This document shows positions 1 through 8,074 of a DNA stretch of 64,000 nucleotides, in pieces; positions within the stretch are counted from its first letter, which is position 1, and each line of letters starts with the position of its first letter. A program made the position numbers and the translations under genes. The stretch comes from a virus (taxonomy: Duplodnaviria > Heunggongvirae > Uroviricota > Caudoviricetes). The stretch lies in IMG/VR virus record IMGVR_UViG_3300049049_000146, positions 3,216-67,215 of that record; one strand, written 5' to 3'. Below the pieces are notes generated by a model. The model had not been told where the DNA came from. It made no database searches and saw nothing but the letters and a program-made list of their open reading frames with translations.

Positions 1-299
1 ATATCGATGAAGCGGATCGACCGTTCGTCCTCCGGCCAGAGATCGTCGGAATCCCTGTAGTAGTGGTGGACGTTGAGAACGATTCCGTTCTCTTCGTCGA
101 TTCCCACCGGGATTCGCTCGTCGTCGAATCCCCTGTAGACGCAGAACGGCTCGCCCGGCGAGCAGTCGTGCAGGAAGAGTAGTCCTGCGGCGTGCGTGAT
201 GACGTCCCTGTCGGTCGGGGGTTCGGCTCCCGGCAGACTGAAACGAATGCTCGTGACCTCGCCGTCGGTCTCGTAGCGAACGTGGAAATACGTGGCCAT
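1..299 (-). CDS. hypothetical protein, 3' end runs off window
   Basis: ATG at 299 with GAGGAGG SD and promoter motif upstream; frame open to window edge. Confidence 0.7.
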   Translation of the reverse strand, partial: MATYFHVRYETDGEVTSIRFSLPGAEPPTDRDVITHAAGLLFLHDCSPGEPFCVYRGFDDERIPVGIDEENGIVLNVHHYYRDSDDLWPEDERSIRFID

Positions 300-322
300 T
301 GTCGAATCCCTCCTCGCTGGAT

Positions 323-339
323 TAGTATCTCCGGAGTTT
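323..339 (-). promoter_or_regulatory. phage promoter-like motif copy 1
   Basis: AAACTCC-GGA-GATACTA upstream of SD. Confidence 0.8.
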
Positions 340-343
340 CCTC

Positions 344-913
344 TCAGGTTCGGATTCCGAACGGAGCCGCCACGTACCTCTCGCGATCGTTGTTGAACTT
401 CTCGGTGATCGCCCTCTCCGCCGCTTCCTCGCTTGCGTAGAGAGACAGCCGACCATCCGTGCTCGTGCAGAGGTACGGCTCGCTCTGGTCCAGCCGATTG
501 TAGATTCCCCACATGTCCCCGAGGATCATGCTGAGCGAATCTCGCAGCCGCCGCACGTCGTCCATGAACAACGGTGCCGAATACGCTCCGTCGCTCATCG
601 TCGGGTACGGACCGACCCGGATTTCGCACGGCTGCTCCTTCCTGCCGATCGGGTGCGGGTTCGGTCGGATGATGCACGACTCCGTGATCGTCACGTCGGT
701 CGGCTCGTTCCGCACCAGCTTGCGGATGTCCATGTCGGTCGGGAATGCATCGAAGCTCTCGTTGAACGTGAGATCGACGTCACCCTTCCACACCTCGAAT
801 GACCGCCCGCCGTCCGTCCAGACCAATTCCTTGATCGTGTACGTGACGCCATCCACCTCACGCTCCCCGTGGTTGATCTCGTTCACCACGGCGACGGTCC
901 TGACATTGTCCAT
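344..913 (-). CDS. hypothetical protein
   Basis: SD GAGGAGG, start MDNVRTV, promoter upstream. Confidence 0.8.
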   Translation of the reverse strand: MDNVRTVAVVNEINHGEREVDGVTYTIKELVWTDGGRSFEVWKGDVDLTFNESFDAFPTDMDIRKLVRNEPTDVTITESCIIRPNPHPIGRKEQPCEIRVGPYPTMSDGAYSAPLFMDDVRRLRDSLSMILGDMWGIYNRLDQSEPYLCTSTDGRLSLYASEEAAERAITEKFNNDRERYVAAPFGIRT

Positions 914-932
914 GGTCCACCTCCTCGGCATT

Positions 933-949
933 TATCATCCGAGGGTTTT
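933..949 (-). promoter_or_regulatory. phage promoter-like motif copy 2
   Basis: AAAACCC-TCG-GATGATA. Confidence 0.8.
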
Positions 950-951
950 GC

Positions 952-990
952 GTTAAACGGAAAAGGGCCCGAGGATTTCTCCCCGAGCCC
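952..990 (-). terminator. terminator-like hairpin with TTTT..TTTAA tail
   Basis: GGGCTCGGGGA-GAAA-TCCTCGGGCCC; G-U pairs work only on minus strand; 30 bp identical to 22860-22889. Confidence 0.8.
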
Positions 991-999
991 CTCTCGCAG

Positions 1000-1386
1000 T
1001 CACCGCGAGGACAGACCCCAGGCGGGATTCTCGTCCTCCTCTTCGCGCCGGGGCATCGACTTCATGCCGCTCGGCTCCGCGTTGCCCCGCAGGATCTCCA
1101 GGATGTGCTCCGCGTCGAAATACGCGGCGTTCTCCTCGATCAGCTTCTCGCGCTGCGCCACCATCGCCTCGATCATGTCCGACATGTTGAGATTCGCGAG
1201 ATTCGACAACTCGCGGATCTGCCGGTCGATGATCGAGAGGTGCTGCACCGCCGTCTTGACGTACAGCATGTGCAGCGCCGGATTGTCCTTCCGGTGGTCG
1301 AACTTGAAGGACTTGGATTCCTTCCGCCAGCACTCCAGGCAGTAGACGTCGCCCATCGGACCGTGCTTCTTCTGTGCTCTCGGCAT
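1000..1386 (-). CDS. hypothetical protein (CxxC, coiled coil)
   Basis: SD GAGGAGG; stop abuts hairpin. Confidence 0.75.
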   Translation of the reverse strand: MPRAQKKHGPMGDVYCLECWRKESKSFKFDHRKDNPALHMLYVKTAVQHLSIIDRQIRELSNLANLNMSDMIEAMVAQREKLIEENAAYFDAEHILEILRGNAEPSGMKSMPRREEEDENPAWGLSSR

Positions 1387-1422
1387 TTCAGCCTCCTCTC
1401 GTTGTCTAGTATCCGTGCACTT

Positions 1423-1758
1423 TCAGCACGGCATTTCCAGAACCACCCGGGAATCGTCCGGACAGAATGCGCACTGCCCTGTCCGGCATCGCCAGTAGAT
1501 GTCTCGCGACGGCACCTCGTACACACGAATCACGAAATCGTGGTTGCTGAGGTACGCAAGCTCTTCGTCGTCGAACCACCGAACCAGAGCGTCCAGCGTC
1601 AGAAATCCGTATTTGTCTGCACACCACGGAATGTCGGACACAGGCGGCGTCGGGTGAGTGATGGTATTCAGGTGTCGCGGACAGATCCATTCTGCCTGCG
1701 GTCCCTTCCGGTACGGGCCGTGCCCGCCTTCCCGATGCTCCACTCGGAATATCTGCAT
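1423..1758 (-). CDS. conserved phage protein (FRVE..GPY..HP.P..D..GF..WF)
   Basis: motif pattern recalled from many phage proteins; promoter upstream. Confidence 0.75.
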   Translation of the reverse strand: MQIFRVEHREGGHGPYRKGPQAEWICPRHLNTITHPTPPVSDIPWCADKYGFLTLDALVRWFDDEELAYLSNHDFVIRVYEVPSRDIYWRCRTGQCAFCPDDSRVVLEMPC

Positions 1759-1779
1759 TGCTCAGCCCTCCTCGCTAAT

Positions 1780-1797
1780 TAGTATCGGGAGGGTTTT
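1780..1797 (-). promoter_or_regulatory. phage promoter-like motif copy 3
   Basis: AAAACCC-TCCC-GATACTA (spacer one base longer). Confidence 0.75.
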
Positions 1798-1825
1798 CCG
1801 TCGGGCTCGCCGTCGCTGCACGCGC

Positions 1826-1857
1826 GTTAAATGCGAAAAGGGCCCCGAAGGGCCCTT
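1826..1857 (-). terminator. terminator-like hairpin, tail TTTTCGCATTTAAC
   Basis: GGGCCC-TTCGG-GGCCC stem-loop after stop codon. Confidence 0.8.
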
Positions 1858-1861
1858 CCCG

Positions 1862-2302
1862 TCACTCGATCAGAGCGTGCTGGCTCCAGAACTCGCGGCT
1901 CCAGAGTAGCTGGTCCCACGAACTGATCGTGGAATCACCCGGCTCCTTCGGAGCACACGGTCCGCCGTACGCCGTGTAGAGCACACAGGAATACGGACCG
2001 TGCGGTCCGGCGATGACCGTCACCTTGCGGGACATGACCCGCATTCCGTCCGGCGACTTGAGCATGCGGCTCGCACACTTGCGATTGCCGCGCACCCTGT
2101 AGACCACGTCCATCTCGATCACGGGATCGCACCCCGTGGCCGGACCGACGAGATTGCACGGCACCTCGCCGAGATGCTCGGGCAACTCCACCTCTTCGAT
2201 GAAGAATGCGCTGCGGTCGGCGAATCGCTCGACCAGGAACTTCATGATCTCTTCGCTGAGACCATGGTCCGTGTGGGAATCCGACGTCACGACCAGCGGC
2301 AT
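1862..2302 (-). CDS. hypothetical protein
   Basis: SD GGAGG, start MPLVVT, promoter upstream. Confidence 0.8.
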   Translation of the reverse strand: MPLVVTSDSHTDHGLSEEIMKFLVERFADRSAFFIEEVELPEHLGEVPCNLVGPATGCDPVIEMDVVYRVRGNRKCASRMLKSPDGMRVMSRKVTVIAGPHGPYSCVLYTAYGGPCAPKEPGDSTISSWDQLLWSREFWSQHALIE

Positions 2303-2323
2303 GGGGAACCTCCGTTCACTGAT

Positions 2324-2340
2324 TAGCATTGAGGGGCTTT
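2324..2340 (-). promoter_or_regulatory. phage promoter-like motif copy 4
   Basis: AAAGCCC-CTC-AATGCTA (one mismatch). Confidence 0.7.
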
Positions 2341-2383
2341 TGCCATCTATCAGCGAACTATCAGTTCGTGACGGATTGATAGT

Positions 2384-2863
2384 TCACCAGCCCTTGCGCG
2401 CTCCGCCCCTGTACTTCGGGTACGAATCCCACTTCGCCTTGGCGAACAACTCTTCGTTCTCGTTCGTGCGAGAAATGCCCTCGAACGTCGGCTTGAATCG
2501 CGGATCGTTGCGCCAGTGTGCCGGCACCTCGCTTCCGTTCCACGCATTCGACGTCGCGAACAATGCACCGGTCGCCAGGTTCCGGAACAGATACTTCGCT
2601 CCACCGAATCCGCGCCCCCACTGCGTATAGGGGAATTCGGGAGCGATGCAGTAGTATTGATGGCGGCCGTCCGGATACCTCGCCACGAATGCCGGCGCCT
2701 CCGGGTCCATGAGACTCCCAGCGATGTCCTCCTCCCAATAGAGGCACGAGAAGCACAGTTGCGCCGCGACGATTCGCTTCATGTACGCTGCGTCGTAGCG
2801 CGAGCCCTGCTCGTTCCCGCAGAATCGGCACGTGATCACGGTCTCGTCGGTCGCCTGGTCCAT
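2384..2863 (-). CDS. hypothetical protein with two CxxC pairs
   Basis: full TAAGGAGG SD; CRFC and CFSC. Confidence 0.8.
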   Translation of the reverse strand: MDQATDETVITCRFCGNEQGSRYDAAYMKRIVAAQLCFSCLYWEEDIAGSLMDPEAPAFVARYPDGRHQYYCIAPEFPYTQWGRGFGGAKYLFRNLATGALFATSNAWNGSEVPAHWRNDPRFKPTFEGISRTNENEELFAKAKWDSYPKYRGGARKGW

Positions 2864-2883
2864 TTGAGCCTCCTTAACGGCCG

Positions 2884-2912
2884 AAAGGCCCCGACAGAAT
2901 ACTGTCGAGGCC
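2884..2912 (-). terminator. terminator-like hairpin
   Basis: GGCCTCGACAG-TATT-CTGTCGGGGCC then TTTC. Confidence 0.7.
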
Positions 2913-2919
2913 AATCGGG

Positions 2920-3456
2920 TTACGACGTTCTGACGATGATGCTCGACGCGGAGCGCATCGGCCCCATTTCCTCGACGACGACGTTCTTCGCTCCGCCGAC
3001 GTCCTCGGGACGCATGAGCGGTAGCTTCCAGCGACCGTCGGCGAGTCTCATGCCGGTCCCGTTCCACCACGTATCACCGACGCACCAGTCCATCGGGAGG
3101 AAATCCTCCACGATTCCCGGGTCGTCGATCGGCGCGATGATGTACGGGTTCGCGCCGAAATGCACTTCCATGCGGCTGCGGAGATCGGCCGTGATGTACG
3201 ACACGATTCTCTCGTACGCCTCCGACGGCTCTCCCGTGCGGTGGAACTGCCACGGCACGATCTTCCATCGAAGCTCGCCGGGATACGCCGGCAACTCTCC
3301 GTAGAATGCCCACGGAACGCCGTCCCAGCGAATCGCGATCGGCCGCTTCGCCTGCATGGCGAGTCGCTTGATGTCGGCGATCATCAGCGCCATTCCGCTC
3401 CAGAGGAACGCGATGATGTTGCCATCGAAGTTGACTTCGTATTCGGTATCCTTCAT
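2920..3456 (-). CDS. hypothetical protein
   Basis: SD, promoter upstream. Confidence 0.8.
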   Translation of the reverse strand: MKDTEYEVNFDGNIIAFLWSGMALMIADIKRLAMQAKRPIAIRWDGVPWAFYGELPAYPGELRWKIVPWQFHRTGEPSEAYERIVSYITADLRSRMEVHFGANPYIIAPIDDPGIVEDFLPMDWCVGDTWWNGTGMRLADGRWKLPLMRPEDVGGAKNVVVEEMGPMRSASSIIVRTS

Positions 3457-3474
3457 GTCGGTCTCCTCAGCGAT

Positions 3475-3491
3475 TAGTATCGCAGGGGTTT
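3475..3491 (-). promoter_or_regulatory. phage promoter-like motif copy 5
   Basis: AAACCCC-TGC-GATACTA. Confidence 0.8.
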
Positions 3492-3494
3492 CGA

Positions 3495-3689
3495 TTACTT
3501 GTCGCCCTCGCGGTAGTAGTGCAGCACGAATCGACCATCCTCGTTGTGGTAGATTCGCATCGCGATGTTCCGGGCTGGAGAGACATTCAGCTTATCGAAA
3601 TGCTCCTCCGCCTTTTCTTCGTCGCTGTAGAGGAACTCGACTGGCGTCTCGCCCACTCCCAGCGTGCAGTTGATTTTGAACAGCCTCAT
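3495..3689 (-). CDS. hypothetical protein
   Basis: ATGA overlap with upstream gene. Confidence 0.7.
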   Translation of the reverse strand: MRLFKINCTLGVGETPVEFLYSDEEKAEEHFDKLNVSPARNIAMRIYHNEDGRFVLHYYREGDK

Positions 3690-3925
3690 TCGCAGTCCAT
3701 CGCGATATCGAGCGCTCCGTCCAGAGAGATCGTGTGCTCCGGCTTGCGCTCGCTCTTGAGGAATTCCACGCGGAACGACGCCAGCGTGGTCAGATTGTTG
3801 TTGACTCCGCCCCGGTAGATTGCCGTGATCATCACGATCCGTGCGCCGTTGCCGGAGAAAATCACATTCTCCGATTGATGTCCTACCAGAGCATTCGCCA
3901 CTTCGTCTCGGGTCTGCTTCGCCAT
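3686..3925 (-). CDS. hypothetical protein
   Basis: SD AGGAGG, start MAKQTR. Confidence 0.75.
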   Translation of the reverse strand: MAKQTRDEVANALVGHQSENVIFSGNGARIVMITAIYRGGVNNNLTTLASFRVEFLKSERKPEHTISLDGALDIAMDCE

Positions 3926-3940
3926 GTGTGCCTCCTGCGC

Positions 3941-3972
3941 GTTAAATGCGAAAAGGCCCCTTGCGGGGCCCT
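3941..3972 (-). terminator. terminator-like hairpin, tail TTTTCGCATTTAAC
   Basis: GGGCCCC-GCAA-GGGGCC; same hairpin as 4233-4263. Confidence 0.8.
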
Positions 3973-3980
3973 CGCATCTC

Positions 3981-4172
3981 TCAGACGCTCGTGATGCGGA
4001 CGACCGGGAGCGCCTCGCTCTTGGCCGGCAGGTAGCCGACGAACCGGACGCGCACCGTCTTCTGCCCCGCCTCGTTCTCGTAGACGGCGCGGCCGAACTC
4101 GCACCAGGCGCCGCCACGGAACGACTGCGCACGCTGGAACTCGACGAGATCACCGATGTTCTTCTTCGCCAT
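3981..4172 (-). CDS. hypothetical protein
   Basis: SD AGGAGG, start MAKKNIG, promoter plus leader hairpin. Confidence 0.75.
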   Translation of the reverse strand: MAKKNIGDLVEFQRAQSFRGGAWCEFGRAVYENEAGQKTVRVRFVGYLPAKSEALPVVRITSV

Positions 4173-4173
4173 C

Positions 4174-4202
4174 TGAGCATCCTCCTGGGGCGACACCGCC
4201 CC
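4174..4202 (-). repeat. 29-bp leader repeat (hairpin plus SD), copy 1
   Basis: GGGGCGGTGTCGCCCCAGGAGGATGCTCA, identical at 5721-5749. Confidence 0.9.
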
Positions 4203-4210
4203 TCAGCTTT

Positions 4211-4227
4211 TAGTATCGGCGGGCTTT
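4211..4227 (-). promoter_or_regulatory. phage promoter-like motif copy 6
   Basis: AAAGCCC-GCC-GATACTA. Confidence 0.85.
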
Positions 4228-4232
4228 GGCCA

Positions 4233-4263
4233 TTAAACGACGAAAGGCCCCTTGCGGGGCCCT
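4233..4263 (-). terminator. terminator-like hairpin fused to promoter
   Basis: GGGCCCC-GCAA-GGGGCC, tail TTTCGTCGTTTAA. Confidence 0.8.
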
Positions 4264-4267
4264 TCGT

Positions 4268-4843
4268 TCACATGTCGTCGTGCGACGTCTCGTAATCGTG
4301 CTTGTTGATCGACGACCAGCCGCACGGACCATCCGCCGATGCGTACATGGACTGCACGACCTTCTCGGCCTCGGCGAATGTCGGAGCCTGAGAGACGGTG
4401 TGCCATCGATAGCCGTCGCAGTCGCGACCGCCCATGGAGATGAACACCTTCGCCAGCGGGTGAGCCATTCGAGCCTGGCCGCTCGCCCAGCCCCAGACGA
4501 ACGCATTTCCGTTGGGGCACGGATGCGACTCCCAGGAATCGGCGTAGTCCTCGTCCTCCGGAATCGAGCAGAACGTGCACCACAGCTGCACATCCCAGGA
4601 ATGCCAGTAGTTGTCGTCGCGGTGATCGTCGCCGTACCGGGCTCGCAGGTACGGAACGACGTGGTCCCGAGCAATCGAGATCGCATCCTCCTCGGTGCGG
4701 AATCGAAGCTCTCTCGTGCCGAATCGCGGCGAGTGGACCAGAAGCTTGTACAGCGTGAGCCGCGGAAGCTCCCTGCGGTACATCTCCAGCCTCTCGCTGT
4801 AGGTGAGGCGCTCTTCGGTCGTGGGTTCCGTGGTGGCTTCCAT
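4268..4843 (-). CDS. hypothetical protein (GGRDCDG motif)
   Basis: SD GAGGAG; stop next to hairpin. Confidence 0.8.
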   Translation of the reverse strand: MEATTEPTTEERLTYSERLEMYRRELPRLTLYKLLVHSPRFGTRELRFRTEEDAISIARDHVVPYLRARYGDDHRDDNYWHSWDVQLWCTFCSIPEDEDYADSWESHPCPNGNAFVWGWASGQARMAHPLAKVFISMGGRDCDGYRWHTVSQAPTFAEAEKVVQSMYASADGPCGWSSINKHDYETSHDDM

Positions 4844-4866
4844 TTCGCTCTCCTCTTGTGTGGAAT

Positions 4867-5205
4867 TCAGCGGGACTCGCGGCCCTTGCCCTCGGGTCGC
4901 GTCTCCTTACGGGCGCGCTCCGCGGCGTCGACCAACTGACGCTCGGTCAGGAAATCCCAGCCACGCTTCCGGAGATTCGTGGCCAGTGCATCGCAGAGGT
5001 CCTGGTCCATCTCGTAGCCGAGATAGATTTCCTCGCCGAAGTTCTCGCGCTTGTCCGAACCACCCCAATGCGACAGCGTCTTGAGGACGTCGTGCATCTT
5101 GCGGACGGAATCACCGCCGCTGGTGTAGTCGTCGGAGCACTTGAGGAAAAGCCGCGCACCGTAGCCGGCCGCAGCCTTGCGAGTGAAGAATCGACGATCG
5201 CTCAT
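4867..5205 (-). CDS. hypothetical protein
   Basis: ORF on dominant strand. Confidence 0.7.
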   Translation of the reverse strand: MSDRRFFTRKAAAGYGARLFLKCSDDYTSGGDSVRKMHDVLKTLSHWGGSDKRENFGEEIYLGYEMDQDLCDALATNLRKRGWDFLTERQLVDAAERARKETRPEGKGRESR

Positions 5206-5209
5206 GTTC

Positions 5210-5407
5210 TCACCCGACCTTTCGCAGCGGACGCACCGTCACGAGGTTGCGCTGCTCCAGCTTCGCACGGAGCGAAGCCACCGTGTTGTCGATCCCCTCC
5301 ATCGCGACGTCGATCTCCGCACGCCGCTCCGGATTCGCCCTCACCGACTCGCCGAGCAAGTTGGCCTTCTCGACGAGTAGTGCCCTGATCTGATCCGAGT
5401 TCTGCAT
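5210..5407 (-). CDS. small coiled-coil hypothetical protein
   Basis: SD GAGGAGG, promoter upstream. Confidence 0.8.
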   Translation of the reverse strand: MQNSDQIRALLVEKANLLGESVRANPERRAEIDVAMEGIDNTVASLRAKLEQRNLVTVRPLRKVG

Positions 5408-5427
5408 TTTGCTGCCTCCTCGGTCAT

Positions 5428-5444
5428 TAGCATCAGCGGGCTTT
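5428..5444 (-). promoter_or_regulatory. phage promoter-like motif copy 7
   Basis: AAAGCCC-GCT-GATGCTA. Confidence 0.85.
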
Positions 5445-5474
5445 GCTCAATGACTAGCGCGTGCAAGCGCACGC

Positions 5475-5511
5475 GTTAAATGCGAAACGCCCCCGGATTT
5501 CTCCAGGGGCG
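5475..5511 (-). terminator. terminator-like hairpin, tail TTTCGCATTTAAC
   Basis: CGCCCCTGGA-GAAA-TCCGGGGGCG. Confidence 0.8.
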
Positions 5512-5518
5512 CATCACA

Positions 5519-5719
5519 TCACAGCTTGAGCACGCTCGGCGGACGACCGGCCGGGCTGAGCTTCGGCGTGCCGTCGCTCTTGAACCCGAACGGGGCGAGC
5601 GCCTTGCCGTCGGGACCGAATCCGAACGGCGCGGCGTCGGGCCCCGTGCCGGGGACCAGGATGAAGCCCTGGGCACGGGCCTCGGCGGCGAGCTTGGCGA
5701 GATCCATCTTCTTCGACAT
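5519..5719 (-). CDS. 66-aa putative DNA-binding protein (tandem APFG..DG motif plus GRP)
   Basis: SD AGGAGG; motif shared with 54075-54863. Confidence 0.75.
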   Translation of the reverse strand: MSKKMDLAKLAAEARAQGFILVPGTGPDAAPFGFGPDGKALAPFGFKSDGTPKLSPAGRPPSVLKL

Positions 5720-5720
5720 G

Positions 5721-5749
5721 TGAGCATCCTCCTGGGGCGACACCGCCCC
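5721..5749 (-). repeat. 29-bp leader repeat (hairpin plus SD), copy 2
   Basis: identical to 4174-4202. Confidence 0.9.
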
Positions 5750-5758
5750 GACACTGAC

Positions 5759-5775
5759 TATCATCGTCGGGCTTT
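5759..5775 (-). promoter_or_regulatory. phage promoter-like motif copy 8
   Basis: AAAGCCC-GAC-GATGATA. Confidence 0.85.
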
Positions 5776-5780
5776 TCGCC

Positions 5781-5990
5781 CTATCGAATCTCGTGGTTGT
5801 CGAACGGGACCAGTAGCACGGCGAGACCATTCGGCTCGCCCATCGTGGGCTCGGTGTCGAGCCGCACGCTGGTCGGCTCACAATCCGTAATCTCGCTGTC
5901 CTCCAGGCACACCACGACCACGGTCTCTCCGCCGAGTGGGGATTCCGCACGCACTCGCTGTAGCTCTGCGATCATTTCGTCGATCGTCAT
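5781..5990 (-). CDS. hypothetical protein
   Basis: ATGA overlap. Confidence 0.75.
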   Translation of the reverse strand: MTIDEMIAELQRVRAESPLGGETVVVVCLEDSEITDCEPTSVRLDTEPTMGEPNGLAVLLVPFDNHEIR

Positions 5991-6223
5991 CGCTTCCGCC
6001 TTTCGATTCTCTGCTCCAGGTATTCCCGGAACTGCGGGTCGGCTAGGTCTGCGTCGATGATTGCTTGCTCGACGCCATCGATGTCGCAGACCTTGTCGAA
6101 GTCGAGCTTGATCTTGAACAGCGCTCCAGCGAAATCCCCTCGATGGATTCGAGTGAGCACGTCGTAGAGCACGGGGCTCCGACAGAAATCGGCTAGTTGC
6201 CGCAGCTTCGCCGTGTCAGACAC
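5987..6223 (-). CDS. hypothetical protein
   Basis: GTG start overlapping upstream stop; start uncertain. Confidence 0.65.
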   Translation of the reverse strand: MSDTAKLRQLADFCRSPVLYDVLTRIHRGDFAGALFKIKLDFDKVCDIDGVEQAIIDADLADPQFREYLEQRIERRKR

Positions 6224-6500
6224 GGAGCAGCCCATTCTCCTGGAGCCATTCGATGACTCCCGGATACTGGTGCAACTTGTCGAGGTCGGTCTCGATTCGC
6301 CGCGCCGCTTCGTCGAGCTTCTCGAATCGGCAGAGCATCGCGGCCTCTTCGAGCACCTTGCAGCCGCGCCCCTCGTTCACCGTCTCGTTGAACCTGAGGA
6401 TTCGCAGGCCCAGGTTCTCACAGAATTCTGCGCGGTACTTCGCGTCCTTCTGCATCCTGAGCAAGTGAATCGTGACCACCGCCAGTTGTCCCACGAACAT
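6216..6500 (-). CDS. hypothetical protein
   Basis: coupled to upstream gene. Confidence 0.65.
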   Translation of the reverse strand: MFVGQLAVVTIHLLRMQKDAKYRAEFCENLGLRILRFNETVNEGRGCKVLEEAAMLCRFEKLDEAARRIETDLDKLHQYPGVIEWLQENGLLRV

Positions 6501-6868
6501 CAGCACACCGCCTGATTCTGCACGCCGATTCGGGTGCGGAAGAGCGCCGTCGTTGCCATCGGGTGGAAATCCTCGTCGTCCACGTTGACGTCGAGGAAGC
6601 GAACCTCGTAGGCGTAATCGCCGTGGAGATCGTCGATGCTCGTCAGCGGCGCCTCGGTCACGCCGACGAAATACCCCTCGAAGCCGCGGCGCTTGCGCTC
6701 GTTGTCGGCCATGAGGAGATCCCGCATCATCTCGGGCTCCATGTAGCAGCGGATTCGGACCGTGCCGACTCCGAAGCTCTCGACCACGACGTGCGTCGCA
6801 CCCATCGTGATCAGGAACACCACGAGCAGATCGTCTTCGCCTCGCATGATGAGTCGGTAGTTGTGCAT
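6500..6868 (-). CDS. hypothetical protein
   Basis: SD GGAGG, promoter upstream. Confidence 0.8.
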   Translation of the reverse strand: MHNYRLIMRGEDDLLVVFLITMGATHVVVESFGVGTVRIRCYMEPEMMRDLLMADNERKRRGFEGYFVGVTEAPLTSIDDLHGDYAYEVRFLDVNVDDEDFHPMATTALFRTRIGVQNQAVC

Positions 6869-6891
6869 TTCCGGACCCTCCCTTCACCGAT

Positions 6892-6908
6892 TAGCATCAC
6901 CGGGGTTT
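6892..6908 (-). promoter_or_regulatory. phage promoter-like motif copy 9
   Basis: AAACCCC-GGT-GATGCTA. Confidence 0.85.
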
Positions 6909-6914
6909 GGGCCC

Positions 6915-6947
6915 TTAAACGCGAAAAGGCCCCTTTCGGGGCCCTTT
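6915..6947 (-). terminator. terminator-like hairpin fused to promoter
   Basis: GGGCCCC-GAAA-GGGGCC, tail TTTTCGCGTTTAA. Confidence 0.85.
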
Positions 6948-6950
6948 CGG

Positions 6951-7460
6951 TCACGCGCTGTGGATTTCCTTGCGCGGCTTCTGGTGGGAGACGACGTGCT
7001 TCGACCCTGCGATTCGCCGTTGAAGCTCGGCAATCTCCAGGGAATGAACCGCGTCGGCCTCTTCCTGAATGGCACGGAGCCATTCACGAATCGCTGTGTG
7101 CTGCTCACGGGTGAACGTGTAGCAGTGGAACCGCGAGTGGTGCTTGAAGTACGGCACCCCACGCATCCCCGGGCGGGCCTGGGCATTGTTCATGACGCAC
7201 AGCGTGTCGAGGACCGACGCCGCGGGAATCACGAGCGTCGTTCCGTCGATCTCGAAGCGGAACATCTGACGATCCAGAATCGCCATTCCCGACGAATCAT
7301 CCATGTGGATTTCCGTCACGTCCTCGATGGCATCGAGGGTACCGGGGAATCGCGAATCCAAATCGTCGAAGACCTCGTCGAGCAGCACCTCTGGCACGAT
7401 GTGCCCCTTGAGTTGCGCGGCGTTGTCCTTGAAGTCGGGTCGAACGAAGTACCAGCGCAT
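6951..7460 (-). CDS. hypothetical protein
   Basis: SD AGGAGG, start MRWYFV. Confidence 0.8.
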   Translation of the reverse strand: MRWYFVRPDFKDNAAQLKGHIVPEVLLDEVFDDLDSRFPGTLDAIEDVTEIHMDDSSGMAILDRQMFRFEIDGTTLVIPAASVLDTLCVMNNAQARPGMRGVPYFKHHSRFHCYTFTREQHTAIREWLRAIQEEADAVHSLEIAELQRRIAGSKHVVSHQKPRKEIHSA

Positions 7461-7468
7461 GGTGCCTC

Positions 7469-7816
7469 CTAGATGTCGTAGTCGTAATCGTAGTCCGGGT
7501 AATCGTCGAGACCGAAATCGGAATCGACGTCTCCCGAATCCTCCGAGTCGCCCCACGCCAGATCGGCGTCGTCCCAATCGAGACCGAGCCGTCGATCGTT
7601 GTAGTCGCTCCACTCGCGCTCTTGCGCCTCTCGCTCTTCGGCCAGGAAACGATCGTTGAAGGCCATTTCGAGCAAGTCGGGGTCGTGGTTGATGATCGCC
7701 TGGGCTTCCTCGTTCGTTGCGCCGACGGGAATGAGGAGCCTCGGGTCCTGGTCGATCTGGTAGTCGACGATCCCCTCGTCGATGTCGGCATCTTCGTTTC
7801 GCTGCGGCTTTCCCAT
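7469..7816 (-). CDS. highly acidic protein (DNA-mimic candidate)
   Basis: 37 D/E versus 8 K/R in 115 aa (hand count); own promoter. Confidence 0.75.
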   Translation of the reverse strand: MGKPQRNEDADIDEGIVDYQIDQDPRLLIPVGATNEEAQAIINHDPDLLEMAFNDRFLAEEREAQEREWSDYNDRRLGLDWDDADLAWGDSEDSGDVDSDFGLDDYPDYDYDYDI

Positions 7817-7836
7817 GTCGACCTCCTCTCAGGAAT

Positions 7837-7853
7837 TAGTATCGAGGGGCTTT
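7837..7853 (-). promoter_or_regulatory. phage promoter-like motif copy 10
   Basis: AAAGCCC-CTC-GATACTA. Confidence 0.85.
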
Positions 7854-8074
7854 TACCTCTTAGGCATACGCCCGTTCTCCATCAGCTTCTCGATGTGACG
7901 GAGAGTTTCGACGCGGAGATCATCGTAACTCATGGCGTCGTTGACCAGCGACTCGACGAGATCGGGGCGGCGATCGAGCAAGTCGGGCAGAATGAATCGC
8001 ATGAAGTATTGTCCCCTACCCACGACTCGCTTCTGATTGCTCGTGAGAGGATCGGGCTTCTTATCGTCGCTCAT
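7853..8074 (-). CDS. hypothetical protein
   Basis: ORF on dominant strand. Confidence 0.7.
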   Translation of the reverse strand: MSDDKKPDPLTSNQKRVVGRGQYFMRFILPDLLDRRPDLVESLVNDAMSYDDLRVETLRHIEKLMENGRMPKR

